From the NCBI GenBank assembly GCA_046734255.1, contig JBKPQU010000434.1:1-34149 (forward strand): 34,149 nt of DNA, in the 5' to 3' direction. Below, piece by piece: positions 1-9,272 of the stretch. The notes under the pieces are model-generated. The model had not been told where the DNA came from, did no database searches, and saw nothing but the letters and a program-made list of their open reading frames with translations. Each line of letters begins with the position of its first letter. The stretch's first letter is position 1. The stretch comes from Actinomycetota bacterium (GTDB lineage Bacteria; Actinomycetota; Actinomycetes; Actinomycetales; Kineosporiaceae). Both the position numbers and the translations under genes were made by a program.

Positions 1-707
1 GGCTGGGAATGGGCCCGCGGATCCCAGCGCGTCGTGGGCCGGGGTTCGCCGCGCACCTCCTCGAGCAGCGCCGCGATGCCGTCCATGATCGCGTCGGTGG
101 CTCCGGTCAGCGTGGGTACATCCAGGGGCTTGCCGGCGAACGCGGACAGGTCCACGGGTGCGCCGGCCCAGACGTGCACGGTCCGCGCGGGCAGCAGGTG
201 CGGTCGCTTGCCGTAGGGAGCGAGGACGTCCTGGGCTCCCCACTGCGCGATCGGGATCACGGGACATCCCGTGCTCAGGGCGATCCGCGCGGCGCCGGTC
301 TTGCCGCGCATCGGCCACAGCCCGGGGTCACGGGTCAGCGTGGCCTCCGGGTACACGACGACGCACTCGCCGCGGCGCACCGCATCCACCGCGGCGGAGA
401 AGGCCTTGCCGGCGTCCGACGACTCGCGGAACACCGGGATCTGGCCCGCACCGGCGATGATCGGGCCGACCACGCGGAGGCGGAACAGGGACTCCTTGGC
501 CAGGAAGCGCGGCTGGCGGCCGTGGTCGTGCAGGAAGTGCGCGATCGTCAACGGGTCCGCGTAGGAGATGTGGTTGCTGCAGGCGACGAATCCGGTCCCG
601 TTGGGCGGCAGGTGCTCGGCTCCGCGCCAGTCGCGCCTGGTGAACAGCATCATGGGCGGCCGGAGCAAGGTGAGCGCGGTGCGGTATGCGGCGCCGTAGC
701 GGGTCAA
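1..707 (-). CDS. 1-acyl-sn-glycerol-3-phosphate / lysophospholipid acyltransferase (3' end runs off the window)
   Basis: My own minus-strand translation from TTG at 707 (GGGAGGA Shine-Dalgarno, rc of 713-719) gives LTRYGAAYRTALTLLRPPMMLFTRRDWRGAEHLPPNGTGFVACSNHISYADPL...CVVVYPEATLTRDPGLWPMRGKTGAARIAL. It carries the NHxxxxD (SNHISYAD) and PEAT acyltransferase blocks. It is absent from the ORF track because there is no stop inside the window. Confidence 0.75.
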   Translation of the reverse strand, partial: MTRYGAAYRTALTLLRPPMMLFTRRDWRGAEHLPPNGTGFVACSNHISYADPLTIAHFLHDHGRQPRFLAKESLFRLRVVGPIIAGAGQIPVFRESSDAGKAFSAAVDAVRRGECVVVYPEATLTRDPGLWPMRGKTGAARIALSTGCPVIPIAQWGAQDVLAPYGKRPHLLPARTVHVWAGAPVDLSAFAGKPLDVPTLTGATDAIMDGIAALLEEVRGEPRPTTRWDPRAHSQ

Positions 708-847
708 GCGGATCCTCCCGGCAGGAGCGGTCGGTCGTCGTCGCGGTGGCCCGGTCGAGGTGACTCCGGCGCTCGAGCGGGAGGCTTCATCCTCATCCCT
801 GCACGGGTTCGGTGTCGAGCATGGTCAAGGGATGACAGCATCGACCC

Positions 848-1570
848 GTGCAGCCGTCTCCGACGCCACTTCGGGCCGACGCCGACGCTCCCGAGTGGTG
901 CGTGGTGCTTCCGGTCAAGGGCGGCTCCGGCGCGAAGTCGCGCCTCGGCGGCGGTCCGGCGCTGGCCACCGCGATCGCCCAGGACTGCCTGGACGCCGTG
1001 CTCTCCTGCCCGTCCGTGCGCGCCGTGCTCGTGGTCAGCGCGCACCGGCGGACCCTGCGCTGGGCGGCCGCCGCCGGAGCCACTGCGGTCGAGGAGTCCA
1101 TCCCCGGAGCCGGGCTGGGTCCGGCGGTGCGGGATGGCCTGGATCACGCCGCAACCGCATGCGGTCCCGGGCCCACCGCGGTGCTGCTCGGCGACCTTCC
1201 GGCGTTGCGGGCGGCCGACCTGCAGGACGCGCTGGCCGCGGCCCAGCGGGTGCTGACCGGCGGTGGACGCGCGCGTCCCCGGATGGCGTTCGTCCCCGAT
1301 GCCGAGGGCAGCGGGACCGTGCTGCTCGCGGCCGCGAGCGCCGACGCCATGGACCCCGCCTTCGGCGCCGGGTCCGCCTCCGAGCACGCGCGGCGTGGAG
1401 CTGCCCGCCTGGACCTGCCGCTGCCCCGGCTCCGGCAGGACGTCGACGTCGCCGCCGATCTCACCTCCGCGCTGGCGCTCGGCTGCGGGCCGCGTACCGC
1501 GGCCCTGCTGGACCACCGTGCGGGCGCCGGACCGGTGCGCCGGATCGGGACCGGTGAGATCGCCGGATAG
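848..1570 (+). CDS. cofC: 2-phospho-L-lactate (or phosphoenolpyruvate) guanylyltransferase, CofC/FbiD family
   Basis: 240-aa ORF with a GTG start. The N-terminal CVVLPVKGGSGAKSRL loop and overall size are typical of CofC/FbiD. Divergent from the acyltransferase. Confidence 0.7.
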   Translation: MQPSPTPLRADADAPEWCVVLPVKGGSGAKSRLGGGPALATAIAQDCLDAVLSCPSVRAVLVVSAHRRTLRWAAAAGATAVEESIPGAGLGPAVRDGLDHAATACGPGPTAVLLGDLPALRAADLQDALAAAQRVLTGGGRARPRMAFVPDAEGSGTVLLAAASADAMDPAFGAGSASEHARRGAARLDLPLPRLRQDVDVAADLTSALALGCGPRTAALLDHRAGAGPVRRIGTGEIAG

Positions 1571-1579
1571 CCTGGGTCG

Positions 1580-1828
1580 GTGCAAGCCACCGTGCACCGC
1601 TTCGACCCGCTCACCGGCTCCGGCAGCCTGCTCACCGACGAGGGACTGCTCATCCCGTTCGGCCCGGAAGCGCTCGCCGACAGCGGTCTGCGCCACCTGC
1701 GCACGGGTCAGCGCCTGACCGTCGTCCTCGCCGAGGACGCGTCCACGCCGGCCGGTCAGCCCGCCGCCGGCCCGGCGCCACGGGTGACGGCGATGCACCT
1801 GGGCAGCGTCGGCCGCGCCGGCGCCTAG
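1580..1828 (+). CDS. small conserved hypothetical protein (82 aa)
   Basis: GTG-start ORF 10 nt after the cofC stop. The product VHRFDPLTGSGSLLTDEGLLIPFGPEALADSGLRHLRTGQRLTV looks like a folded small beta-rich domain rather than GC-artefact sequence. Function unknown. Confidence 0.45.
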   Translation: MQATVHRFDPLTGSGSLLTDEGLLIPFGPEALADSGLRHLRTGQRLTVVLAEDASTPAGQPAAGPAPRVTAMHLGSVGRAGA

Positions 1829-1850
1829 GAACGGACACTCCCGCCGGGAC

Positions 1851-3182
1851 TCAGAGGGTGCGCTCGTACATGGCACCCAGGGAGTCGAGTTTGCCCAGGA
1901 AGTCTTCATATCCGCGGTCGATCAGCTCGATGCCGCGAACGCGGGAGCTTCCCTCCGCGGCCAGGGCCGCGATCACATGGCTGAACCCGCCGCGTAGGTC
2001 GGGCACGGTGATCTCGGCGCCGTGCAGCTTCGTCGGTCCGGACACGACCGCCGAGTGCCGGAAGTTGCGCTGCCCGAAGCGACAGGGCAGTCCGCCCAGG
2101 CACTCCCGGTAGAGCTGGATCTGCGCGCCCATGTCGCGCAACGGCTCGACGAAGCCGAACCGGTTGTCGTACACGGTCTCGTGCATGATCGACAGGCCGT
2201 TCGCCTGCGTCAGGGCCACGATCAGGGGCTGCTGCCAGTCGGTCATGAACCCCGGGTGCACGGCCGTCTCGATCACGAGGGAGTTGAGCGCACCACCCGG
2301 ATGGCGGAACCGGATCCCGTCGTCCTGCACGTCGAGGACACCGCCGACCTTCCGGAACACGTTGAGGAAGGTCATCATCTCCAGCTGGCGGGCACCGAGC
2401 ACGGTGATGTCGCCGCCGGTGGCCAGCGCGGCGCAGGCCCAGGACGCCGCCTCGATCCGGTCCGGAAGGGCCCGGTGCGTGAAACCGCCCAACCGTTCGA
2501 CGCCCTCGACCCGGATCACCCGGTCGACCTCGACGCTGATCACCGCGCCCATCTTCTGGAGGACGGCGATCAGGTCCATGATCTCGGGCTCGATCGCGGC
2601 GTTCCGCAGCTCGGTGACGCCCTCGGCGCGCACGGCGGTCAGCAGCACCTGCTCGGTCGCTCCCACGCTGGGATAAGGCAGCTCGAGCTTGGCGCCCTGC
2701 AGCCGGCGCGGCGCCGACAGCGCGATCCCCTGCGGCCGCTTCTCCACCACGGCACCGAACTGACGCAGCGCCTCGAGGTGGAAGTCGATCGGCCGGTCGC
2801 CGATCCGGCAGCCGCCGAGGTCGGGGATGAACGCCTCCCCCAGGCGGTGCAGCAGCGGACCGCAGAACAGGATCGGGATCCGGCTGTAACCGGCGTGCGC
2901 GTCGATGTCGGCGACGTGCGCCTGCTCGACGTTGCTGGGGTCCAGCACGAGCCCGTGGTCCGGATCCCGGGTCTCGGAGACCATGACCCCGTGCAGTTCC
3001 AGCAGGCCCGTGACGACGACGACGTCCCGGATCCGCGGGACGTTGCCCAACGTGCTCGGTTCATCCCCGAGCAGCGACGCCACCATCGCCTTGGAGACGA
3101 AGTTCTTGGCGCCGCGAACCCGGATCGTGCCGCCCAGCGACGTTCCGCCGTGGACGGTGAGGACGTCGGTCATGCGGGACAT
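1851..3182 (-). CDS. murA: UDP-N-acetylglucosamine 1-carboxyvinyltransferase
   Basis: MSRMTDVLTVHGGTSLGGTIRVRGAKNFVSKAMVASLL... is a full-length MurA/EPSP-fold match. The catalytic loop LGGCRIGDRPIDFH retains Cys. Start set at ATG 3182 (alternative ATG 3173). The track start at 3206 lies inside the hupB terminator hairpin. Confidence 0.9.
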   Translation of the reverse strand: MSRMTDVLTVHGGTSLGGTIRVRGAKNFVSKAMVASLLGDEPSTLGNVPRIRDVVVVTGLLELHGVMVSETRDPDHGLVLDPSNVEQAHVADIDAHAGYSRIPILFCGPLLHRLGEAFIPDLGGCRIGDRPIDFHLEALRQFGAVVEKRPQGIALSAPRRLQGAKLELPYPSVGATEQVLLTAVRAEGVTELRNAAIEPEIMDLIAVLQKMGAVISVEVDRVIRVEGVERLGGFTHRALPDRIEAASWACAALATGGDITVLGARQLEMMTFLNVFRKVGGVLDVQDDGIRFRHPGGALNSLVIETAVHPGFMTDWQQPLIVALTQANGLSIMHETVYDNRFGFVEPLRDMGAQIQLYRECLGGLPCRFGQRNFRHSAVVSGPTKLHGAEITVPDLRGGFSHVIAALAAEGSSRVRGIELIDRGYEDFLGKLDSLGAMYERTL

Positions 3183-3192
3183 GGTGGCGTAC

Positions 3193-3227
3193 GACGGGCC
3201 GCCCACCTAACCAGGGGGCGGCCCGTC
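3193..3227 (-). terminator. hairpin after hupB (12-bp perfect stem, 11-nt loop, no U-tract)
   Basis: GACGGGCCGCCC (3193-3204) is the exact reverse complement of GGGCGGCCCGTC (3216-3227). It lies 29 nt downstream of the hupB stop and just upstream of the murA start. Confidence 0.4.
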
Positions 3228-3255
3228 ATCCGTGCGGTCGACTCGGCGGAGGCTC

Positions 3256-3780
3256 TCAGGCGCGAGTGGTGCGCTTCGCCGCGGTCTTGGAAGCGGTCTT
3301 CTTCGTGGTGCGCTTTGCCGTGGTCTTGGCAGCGGTCGCGCGCTTCGCCGGTGCCTTGGCGGTGGTCTTGGTCGTACGGGCGGTGCTGGCCGCGGTACGC
3401 CTGGCGGGCGCCTTGGCGGTGGTCCTGGTGGTCGTGGCGCGGCTGGTGGTCCTGGCCGGAGCCTTCGCCGCCGTCTTGGCCGCAGGCGCCTGCTTGGGCA
3501 GGGAGCGCGGGTCTGCGACGTAGGCCTTGAACGCGGTTCCGGGACGGAACCGCGGGACCGAGGTCTTCTTGATCCTCACCTTCTCGCCGGTGCGCGGATT
3601 GCGCCCCGTGCGAGCGTTCCGCACAGCCTTCTCGAACGATCCGAATCCGCTGATCGCGACCTTCTCGCCGCGGACGACGGCTCGCTGGATCGTGTCGATC
3701 ACGGCCTCGAGAGCGTCCGCCGCAGCCTTCCTGCTGCCCAGCCGGGTCTCGAGTGCTGCGACGAGCTCAGCCTTGTTCAC
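3256..3780 (-). CDS. hupB: nucleoid-associated protein HU with actinobacterial basic low-complexity C-terminal tail
   Basis: MNKAELVAALETRLGSRKAAADALEAVIDTIQRAVVRGEKVAISGFGSFEKAVRNARTGRNPRTGEKVRIKKTSVPRFRPGTAFK is a canonical HU fold. It is followed by about 80 aa of degenerate AKAPA / TTAK repeats. GTG start with a GGAGGAAAGCA SD. Confidence 0.92.
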   Translation of the reverse strand: MNKAELVAALETRLGSRKAAADALEAVIDTIQRAVVRGEKVAISGFGSFEKAVRNARTGRNPRTGEKVRIKKTSVPRFRPGTAFKAYVADPRSLPKQAPAAKTAAKAPARTTSRATTTRTTAKAPARRTAASTARTTKTTAKAPAKRATAAKTTAKRTTKKTASKTAAKRTTRA

Positions 3781-3867
3781 TGCTTTCCTCCGCTACACGG
3801 GTCGAGCCGGTGCTCGACGTCAGGTGACGAAGGTAAGCGTAGTGCCGGGCATAGTCCATCATCCGGG

Positions 3868-3892
3868 CGAGAATTCTCGTTGTGTCGCAACG
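3868..3892. promoter_or_regulatory. palindromes in the comparatively AT-rich hupB upstream region
   Basis: CGAGAATTCTCG (3868-3879) is a perfect 12-bp palindrome. It overlaps CGTTG-N5-CAACG (3878-3892). Both lie about 90-110 nt upstream of the hupB GTG. Role (operator or promoter element) not established. Confidence 0.25.
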
Positions 3893-3985
3893 AATCCCTT
3901 CCGGTCCGAACGCCTGGGCCGCCCGACCGACCCATCGGCCGGACGAACCGGACTACTTTCGGCCCGGTACAGGTGATCTCGGCGG

Positions 3986-4822
3986 CTACGGTCGTGCGGC
4001 CAGCAGGTCCACCCGGACGAACTCCTGGTCGTAGCTGCCGTCCCTGTTGCGCAGCGCCTCCAGGGCGGCACCGACCGCCGTCTCGGTGAACTCCGCGCGC
4101 CGTTCGGCCGCGATCCCGGGCAGGTAGCCGAGGACGAAGGTGCTCCGGAGCCAGCCCTCGAGGGAAGGTGCGTCCGGGAAGGGCCGTCGCTGGGTGACCA
4201 GCCGGGCACGACGCACCGACAGGCCGGCCCGCTCGACGAGCGCGGCGTACTCCGGAGCCTCCGGGAAGTACCACGGCGAGACCGGACCGCCTAAGGATCT
4301 GGAGATGGGCTCGATCACCACGCGGGTCGCCTCCGCCTGGCCCGCGCCGCCGAAGTCGGCGCGCAGTACACCGCCCGGCCGGAGGCAGTGCGCGACGCCG
4401 GACAGCACAGCGGGTTGCTCGGTCCGGGGCACCCAGTGCAGGACGGCGACCGACAACACGGCGTCCAGGCTGTCCCGCGCCACGAGCGTTTCCACGTCCT
4501 GGGCCCGGCACACGCGGAACTCCAGACCGGGGCGGCCGTACGTCGCCCGCGCGTAGGTGATCTGCGATGCCGAGGCGTCGATCCCCAGCACCGTCCCGCC
4601 GGACGGCGTCCCGGCGCCGACCAGCTCTGCCACCCGCGCCGTCAGATCCCCGGCGCCGCAACCGATGTCCAGCACAGCAGCGCCGGGCCGCAGGGGTAGG
4701 TCGGCGAGAACGGTGTGGTCGAAGGAGCGGTGGTAGGCGGTGTTCGCGGCGTAGAGCGGGCCGTCGAAGGCGAGATCCGCGGCGCCGGAGCTCACCGCAC
4801 CGGCAACGTGGTCGGCATCCAT
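3986..4822 (-). CDS. class I SAM-dependent methyltransferase (Tam-like architecture)
   Basis: Motif [13 protein letters not shown], then [23 protein letters not shown] and [13 protein letters not shown]. Start is ATG 4822, or in-frame GTG 4795 which forms a GTGA overlap with the leuD stop. The 422-aa track ORF (to 5254) is an off-frame read-through of leuD. Confidence 0.75.
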   Translation of the reverse strand: MDADHVAGAVSSGAADLAFDGPLYAANTAYHRSFDHTVLADLPLRPGAAVLDIGCGAGDLTARVAELVGAGTPSGGTVLGIDASASQITYARATYGRPGLEFRVCRAQDVETLVARDSLDAVLSVAVLHWVPRTEQPAVLSGVAHCLRPGGVLRADFGGAGQAEATRVVIEPISRSLGGPVSPWYFPEAPEYAALVERAGLSVRRARLVTQRRPFPDAPSLEGWLRSTFVLGYLPGIAAERRAEFTETAVGAALEALRNRDGSYDQEFVRVDLLAARP

Positions 4823-5388
4823 CGCGGTCGATCCTGCTCGAACGTGTCGATCTCGCCCACGTGCTGCAGGGTCAGCCCGATGTCGTCGAGCCCCTCGAGC
4901 AACCGCCAGCGGGTGTAGTCGTCCAGTTCGAAGGGGACGCGCACGTCCGCACAGCGGACCTGCCGGTCGACGAGGTCGACGGTCACCTCGATCCCCGGCG
5001 AGGCCTCGATCGCCCTCCACAGGCGCTCGACGTCCTCCTGCGGCACGACGCCGGTGAGCAGCCCCTGCTTGCCGGCGTTGCCGCGGAAGATGTCGCCGAA
5101 CCGAGGCGAGATCACGGCCCGGAAGCCGTAGTCCTTCAGGGCCCACACCGCGTGCTCGCGCGAGGAACCCGTGCCGAAGTCCGGGCCGGCGACGAGTACC
5201 GAGCCCGCCCGGTACGGCTCCTGGTTCAGCACGAAACGCTCGTCCGCGCGCCACGCGGCGAACAGCCCGTCCTCGAAACCGGTCCGGCTCACTCGCTTGA
5301 GGTAGACCGCCGGGATGATCTGGTCGGTGTCGACGTTGGAGCGCCGCAACGGGACGCCGACCCCGGTGTGCACGCTGAACTTCTCCAC
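4792..5388 (-). CDS. leuD: 3-isopropylmalate dehydratase small subunit
   Basis: [43 protein letters not shown]... is full-length LeuD. GTG start with a GAAGGAGG SD. Confidence 0.95.
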   Translation of the reverse strand: MEKFSVHTGVGVPLRRSNVDTDQIIPAVYLKRVSRTGFEDGLFAAWRADERFVLNQEPYRAGSVLVAGPDFGTGSSREHAVWALKDYGFRAVISPRFGDIFRGNAGKQGLLTGVVPQEDVERLWRAIEASPGIEVTVDLVDRQVRCADVRVPFELDDYTRWRLLEGLDDIGLTLQHVGEIDTFEQDRPRWMPTTLPVR

Positions 5389-5416
5389 GATGCCTCCTTC
5401 TCTGCTCTCGCGGCGC

Positions 5417-6853
5417 TCAGACCGTGGCCGGCTGGGCGGTCACAGGTGCTGGTCCCAGATCGGCCGGGCTGGACAGCGTGCCGCGCACCGCCGTGGCCGC
5501 GGCCACCAACGGCGAGACGAGATGCGTGCGGCCACCCTTGCCCTGCCGGCCCTCGAAGTTGCGGTTGGACGTCGAGGCACTGCGCTCGCCGGGAGACAGT
5601 TGGTCCGGGTTCATCCCCAGGCACATCGAGCACCCGGCGTTGCGCCACTCCGCGCCGAAGTCGGTGAACACGCGGTCCAGCCCCTCGGCCTCGGCCTGCA
5701 GGCGGACCCGAGCCGATCCCGGCACGACGAGCACCCGGACCTGCTCGGCCTTCCGCCGTCCCTTGACCACCGCCGCGGCGGCCCGCAGATCCTCGATCCG
5801 GCCGTTGGTGCACGAGCCGATGAACACGGTGTCCACCGCGATGTCCCGCAGCGGCTGCCCCGCCGTGAGGGCCATGTACTCCAGCGCGCGCTCGGCCGCC
5901 GCGCGCGAACTCTCCTCGGCGAAGGACGCCGGATCGGGCACGCGGCCGGACAGCGGCAGTCCCTGCCCTGGGTTCGTTCCCCACGTGACGTACGGCTCGA
6001 TCCGGGCAGCGTCGAGCACGACCTCGGAGTCGAAGGTCGCGTCGTCGTCGGTGACCAGCGAGCGCCAGTAGGCCACGGCGCTGTCCCAGTCCGCACCGGA
6101 CGGCGCGTGCGGGCGCCCGGCAAGGAAGTCGAACGTCGTCCGGTCCGGCGCCACCATCCCGGCCCGGGCTCCGGCCTCGATGGACATGTTGCAGATCGTC
6201 ATCCGCGCCTCCATCGACATGGCGCGGATCGCCTCGCCGCGGTACTCGATCACATAGCCCTGGCCGCCGCCGGTCCCGATCTTCGCGATCACGGCGAGGA
6301 TCACGTCCTTGGCGGTCGAGCCCTCCGGCAGGACGCCGTCCACGGTCACCGCCATCGTCTTGAACGGCTTGACCGGCAGTGCCTGGGTGGCGAGCACGTG
6401 CTCCACCTCGCTCGTGCCGATGCCCCAGGCGAGCGCCCCGAACGCGCCGTGGGTGGAGGTGTGCGAGTCGCCGCAGACCACGGTCATCCCCGGCTGGGTC
6501 AGCCCGAGCTGGGGACCGACCACGTGCACGATGCCCTGGTCCGCGTCCCCCAGGCGGTGCAGCCGGAGGCCGAACTCCTCGCAGTTGCGGCGCAGCACCT
6601 CGACCTGCGTCCGGCTGACCGGATCGGCGATCGGCGCGTCGATGTTCACGGTGGGGACGTTGTGGTCCTCGGTCGCGATCGTCAGGTCGGGACGGCGCAC
6701 CGCGCGGCCGGCCGCCCGCAGCCCGTCGAAGGCCTGCGGGCTGGTCACCTCGTGGACCAGATGCAGGTCGATGTAGAGCAGGTCCGGCTCCCCCGGCCCA
6801 CCCCGCCGTACCGTGTGTGCCTCCCACACCTTCTCTGCCAGCGTGCGCCCCAC
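5417..6853 (-). CDS. leuC: 3-isopropylmalate dehydratase large subunit
   Basis: [18 protein letters not shown]...[22 protein letters not shown]...CNMSIEAGA...[12 protein letters not shown] carries the aconitase-family Fe-S motifs. Start set at GTG 6853 behind GGAGGAGGA. The track start at 6967 adds a non-homologous extension. Confidence 0.95.
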   Translation of the reverse strand: MGRTLAEKVWEAHTVRRGGPGEPDLLYIDLHLVHEVTSPQAFDGLRAAGRAVRRPDLTIATEDHNVPTVNIDAPIADPVSRTQVEVLRRNCEEFGLRLHRLGDADQGIVHVVGPQLGLTQPGMTVVCGDSHTSTHGAFGALAWGIGTSEVEHVLATQALPVKPFKTMAVTVDGVLPEGSTAKDVILAVIAKIGTGGGQGYVIEYRGEAIRAMSMEARMTICNMSIEAGARAGMVAPDRTTFDFLAGRPHAPSGADWDSAVAYWRSLVTDDDATFDSEVVLDAARIEPYVTWGTNPGQGLPLSGRVPDPASFAEESSRAAAERALEYMALTAGQPLRDIAVDTVFIGSCTNGRIEDLRAAAAVVKGRRKAEQVRVLVVPGSARVRLQAEAEGLDRVFTDFGAEWRNAGCSMCLGMNPDQLSPGERSASTSNRNFEGRQGKGGRTHLVSPLVAAATAVRGTLSSPADLGPAPVTAQPATV

Positions 6854-6893
6854 GGGTCCTCCTCCACGTCCGGCGCGGCATCCGCGTGCTTGC

Positions 6894-6924
6894 GTCTCAA
6901 GTCTTGAGACTGCAGTATCGATAC
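6894..6924. promoter_or_regulatory. candidate operator(s) in the leuC / IclR-regulator divergent intergenic region
   Basis: GTCTCAAG-T-CTTGAGAC (6894-6910) is a perfect 17-bp palindrome. GTATCGATAC (6915-6924) is a perfect 10-bp palindrome. Both are AT-richer than their surroundings and lie between the leuC start (6853) and the regulator start (6925/6949). Confidence 0.45.
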
Positions 6925-6948
6925 GTGGACAAGGGTAGCGGAGTCGGC

Positions 6949-7644
6949 GTGCTGGACAAGGCGGCACTCGTCCTCAGCGCGCTCGAGGCCGGTCCGGCGA
7001 CCCTGGCCCAGCTCGTGGCCGCCACCGGGCTGGCACGACCGACCGCGCACCGGCTGGCCGTGGCCCTGGAGCACCACCGGCTCGTCGCCCGGGACATGCG
7101 GGGCAGGTTCATCCTCGGGCCACGGCTGGCGGAGCTGGCCGCCGCCGCCGGGGAGGACCGGCTGCTGGCAGCCGCCGGACCGGTGCTCGCGGCGCTGCGC
7201 GACCACACCGGCGAGAGCGCGCAGCTCTTCCGCCGGCAGGGAGACCAGCGGGTCTGCGTCGCGGCGGCGGAACGTCCCGTGGGACTGCGCGACTCGATCC
7301 CGGTCGGATCCGCACTGACGATGCTCGCCGGCTCGGCCGCCCAGGTGCTGCTCGCCTGGGAGGAACCCGACCGCCTCCACCGGGGCCTCCAGGGCGCGCG
7401 CTTCACCGCCACCACCCTGTCCGGCGTCCGACGCCGCGGCTGGGCGCAGAGCGTCGGGGAACGCGAGCCGGGGGTGGCCTCGGTGTCGGCGCCGGTGCGC
7501 GGACCCTCCGGCCGGGTGGTGGCGGCGGTGTCGGTCTCCGGCCCGATCGAGCGGTTCACCCGCCAGCCCGGCCGGCAGCACGCCGCGGCAGTGATCGCCG
7601 CGGCGGCCAAGCTGACCGACGTCCTGCGTCGTAACTCCCAGTAG
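6949..7644 (+). CDS. IclR-family transcriptional regulator, divergent from leuCD (LtbR-like position)
   Basis: N-terminal wHTH ([40 protein letters not shown]) and C-terminal IclR effector domain ([28 protein letters not shown]). GTG 6949 has a GGAG SD 5 nt upstream. Alternative start GTG 6925. Confidence 0.85.
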   Translation: MLDKAALVLSALEAGPATLAQLVAATGLARPTAHRLAVALEHHRLVARDMRGRFILGPRLAELAAAAGEDRLLAAAGPVLAALRDHTGESAQLFRRQGDQRVCVAAAERPVGLRDSIPVGSALTMLAGSAAQVLLAWEEPDRLHRGLQGARFTATTLSGVRRRGWAQSVGEREPGVASVSAPVRGPSGRVVAAVSVSGPIERFTRQPGRQHAAAVIAAAAKLTDVLRRNSQ

Positions 7645-7683
7645 CACCACCGCCTCTCGCCCACTCGCGGCGCCGGACGGACC

Positions 7684-7734
7684 GGGTGATTTGCGCACGA
7701 CTCCTCACCCGTTCCGGGTGATGACGGGTCACCC
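7684..7734 (+). promoter_or_regulatory. GGGTGA/TCACCC motif pair upstream of the 7809 membrane-protein gene
   Basis: GGGTGA(7684-7689)-N15-TCACCC(7705-7710), followed by the perfect 19-bp palindrome GGGTGA-TGACGGG-TCACCC (7716-7734). Both units start CCGGGTGAT. Confidence 0.5.
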
Positions 7735-7808
7735 ACCTGCGCTGAAGGCTTTCTCTGTCCTGGCTCGTGGTTCGACCGCGCGCCCCGGCGACGGAGGGAC
7801 GAGTCCCG

Positions 7809-9164
7809 ATGCAGGAACAGCCTTCGCTGTCCGTGGATGAACGCGCCGAGCTGGAACGGTTGCGCGCCGAGGTGGCCGGGCTGCGTGCCCAGGTGGAAGA
7901 GGGCGGCCCTCCGGGGGGCGGAGTCCCGGCCACCCGGGTCAGCCGCCAGCGGTGGCGCACGCCCGTGGCCGTCCTGCTGATCCTGGTCGGCTGCCTGCTG
8001 GCGCCGCTGTCGGTGCTCGCCATCTGGGCCAAGAATCAGGTGACCGACACCGACCGGTACGTGGCGACGGTGACGCCGCTGGCCAGCGATCCCGTCATCC
8101 AGAACGCGGTCGCCGACCAGATCACGACGCAGATCTTCAACTACATCGACGTCCAGGGCGTCACCACGGAGGCCGTGGACGCCCTGGCCAACCAGGGCCT
8201 CAATCCGCGGGTGGCCGACTCGCTGCGGGCGCTGGCCCAGCCGATTGCGAACGGCGTCGAAGGCTTCGTGCGGACCCAGGTCGGCAAGGTCGTGCAGAGC
8301 CAGCAGTTCGCCGATGCCTGGGTCGCCGCCAACCGGACCGCGCACGAACAGATGGTCAAGGCACTGACCGGCGAGGGCGGCGGCGCGGTCACGGTCGAGA
8401 ACGGCACGGTCAGCATCCAGACGGCGACGATCATCGCCACGGTCAAGCAGCAGATGATCGACGCGGGCTTCTCGCTGGCCTCACGGATCCCGAACGTGAA
8501 CGCCTCCTTCGTGGTGTTCCAGTCCGCCGACCTCGTCAAGGTTCAGCGCGCCTTCAACCTCCTCAACACCCTCGGCGTCTGGCTGCCGATCGTCGCGCTC
8601 GTGCTGATCGCGCTCGGGGTGTACGTCGCCCGCGACCATCGCCGGGCACTCGTGGGTGCCGGCCTGGGCGTGGCCGCCGGCATGGTGGTTCTGGCGATAG
8701 CCCTGGCCGTCGCCCGGTCGGCCTACCTCAACGCGGTGCCCTCCAGCGTGCTGCCGCAGGACGCCGCCGCCGACATCTACGACACCCTCGTGCGCTTCCT
8801 CCGCGCCGGGCTGCGCACCGTTGCGGTGCTCGGGCTCGTGGTGGCGATCGGAGCGTTCTTCACCGGCCCGTCGGTCACCGCGGTGCGCACCCGCCAGGGT
8901 CTGTCCGGCGCGATCGGCTGGCTGCGCGGCACCGCCGAGCACGCCGGCCTGCGCACCGGGCCGGTCGGGGCGTGGGTCCACACGTACCGGCGTCTCCTCC
9001 AGCTCGCCGCCGTCGGCGTGGCCTCCCTGGTCCTGGTCTTCTGGGACCGCCCCACCGGGAAGGTCGTCCTGGGGATCTCCCTCGTCCTCCTGGCGGTTCT
9101 CGCGGTGATCGAGTTCATCAGCCGCCCGCCGGAACAGCCGGCCGGTCCGCAGTTGCAGACCTGA
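7809..9164 (+). CDS. conserved integral membrane protein (N-terminal coiled segment, large extracytoplasmic domain, C-terminal multi-TM region)
   Basis: ATG 7809 behind GGAGGG. MQEQPSLSVDERAELERLRAEVAGLRAQVEE, then TM WRTPVAVLLILVGCLLAPLSVLAIW, and several TM helices in the C-terminal third. No catalytic motif recognised. Confidence 0.7.
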   Translation: MQEQPSLSVDERAELERLRAEVAGLRAQVEEGGPPGGGVPATRVSRQRWRTPVAVLLILVGCLLAPLSVLAIWAKNQVTDTDRYVATVTPLASDPVIQNAVADQITTQIFNYIDVQGVTTEAVDALANQGLNPRVADSLRALAQPIANGVEGFVRTQVGKVVQSQQFADAWVAANRTAHEQMVKALTGEGGGAVTVENGTVSIQTATIIATVKQQMIDAGFSLASRIPNVNASFVVFQSADLVKVQRAFNLLNTLGVWLPIVALVLIALGVYVARDHRRALVGAGLGVAAGMVVLAIALAVARSAYLNAVPSSVLPQDAAADIYDTLVRFLRAGLRTVAVLGLVVAIGAFFTGPSVTAVRTRQGLSGAIGWLRGTAEHAGLRTGPVGAWVHTYRRLLQLAAVGVASLVLVFWDRPTGKVVLGISLVLLAVLAVIEFISRPPEQPAGPQLQT

Positions 9165-9198
9165 CCGCCACCGGCCCCTGACGTCGTCCTCCTGTGAA

Positions 9199-9215
9199 TC
9201 ACCCCCTAGGGGTGA
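9199..9215. terminator. perfect 17-bp palindrome TCACCCC-CTA-GGGGTGA downstream of the 7809-9164 gene
   Basis: 35 nt after the stop at 9164. 7-bp stem, 3-nt loop, no U-tract. Uses the same arms as the GGGTGA/TCACCC family. Confidence 0.35.
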
Positions 9216-9272
9216 AGACGTCCGGTGGCAGGCGGAGAGATGTTCGGCTGAGGCGACCGGCAATGGCGCCGC

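Noticed and set aside
4823-5254. N-terminal 144-aa extension of the methyltransferase ORF (track ORF 3986-5254).
   Set aside because: The extension lies entirely inside leuD in another frame and is Arg/Gly/Pro-rich. Homology starts at MDADHV (4822) or later.
6854-6967. Upstream extensions of leuC (track start 6967), ilvE (32216), murA (3206), the gltX-like gene (21265) and the monooxygenase (25816).
   Set aside because: Homology to the respective families begins at the downstream starts chosen here. Three of these have SD sequences (leuC, ilvE, monooxygenase). The extensions are Arg/Pro-rich or overlap neighbouring genes or hairpins.
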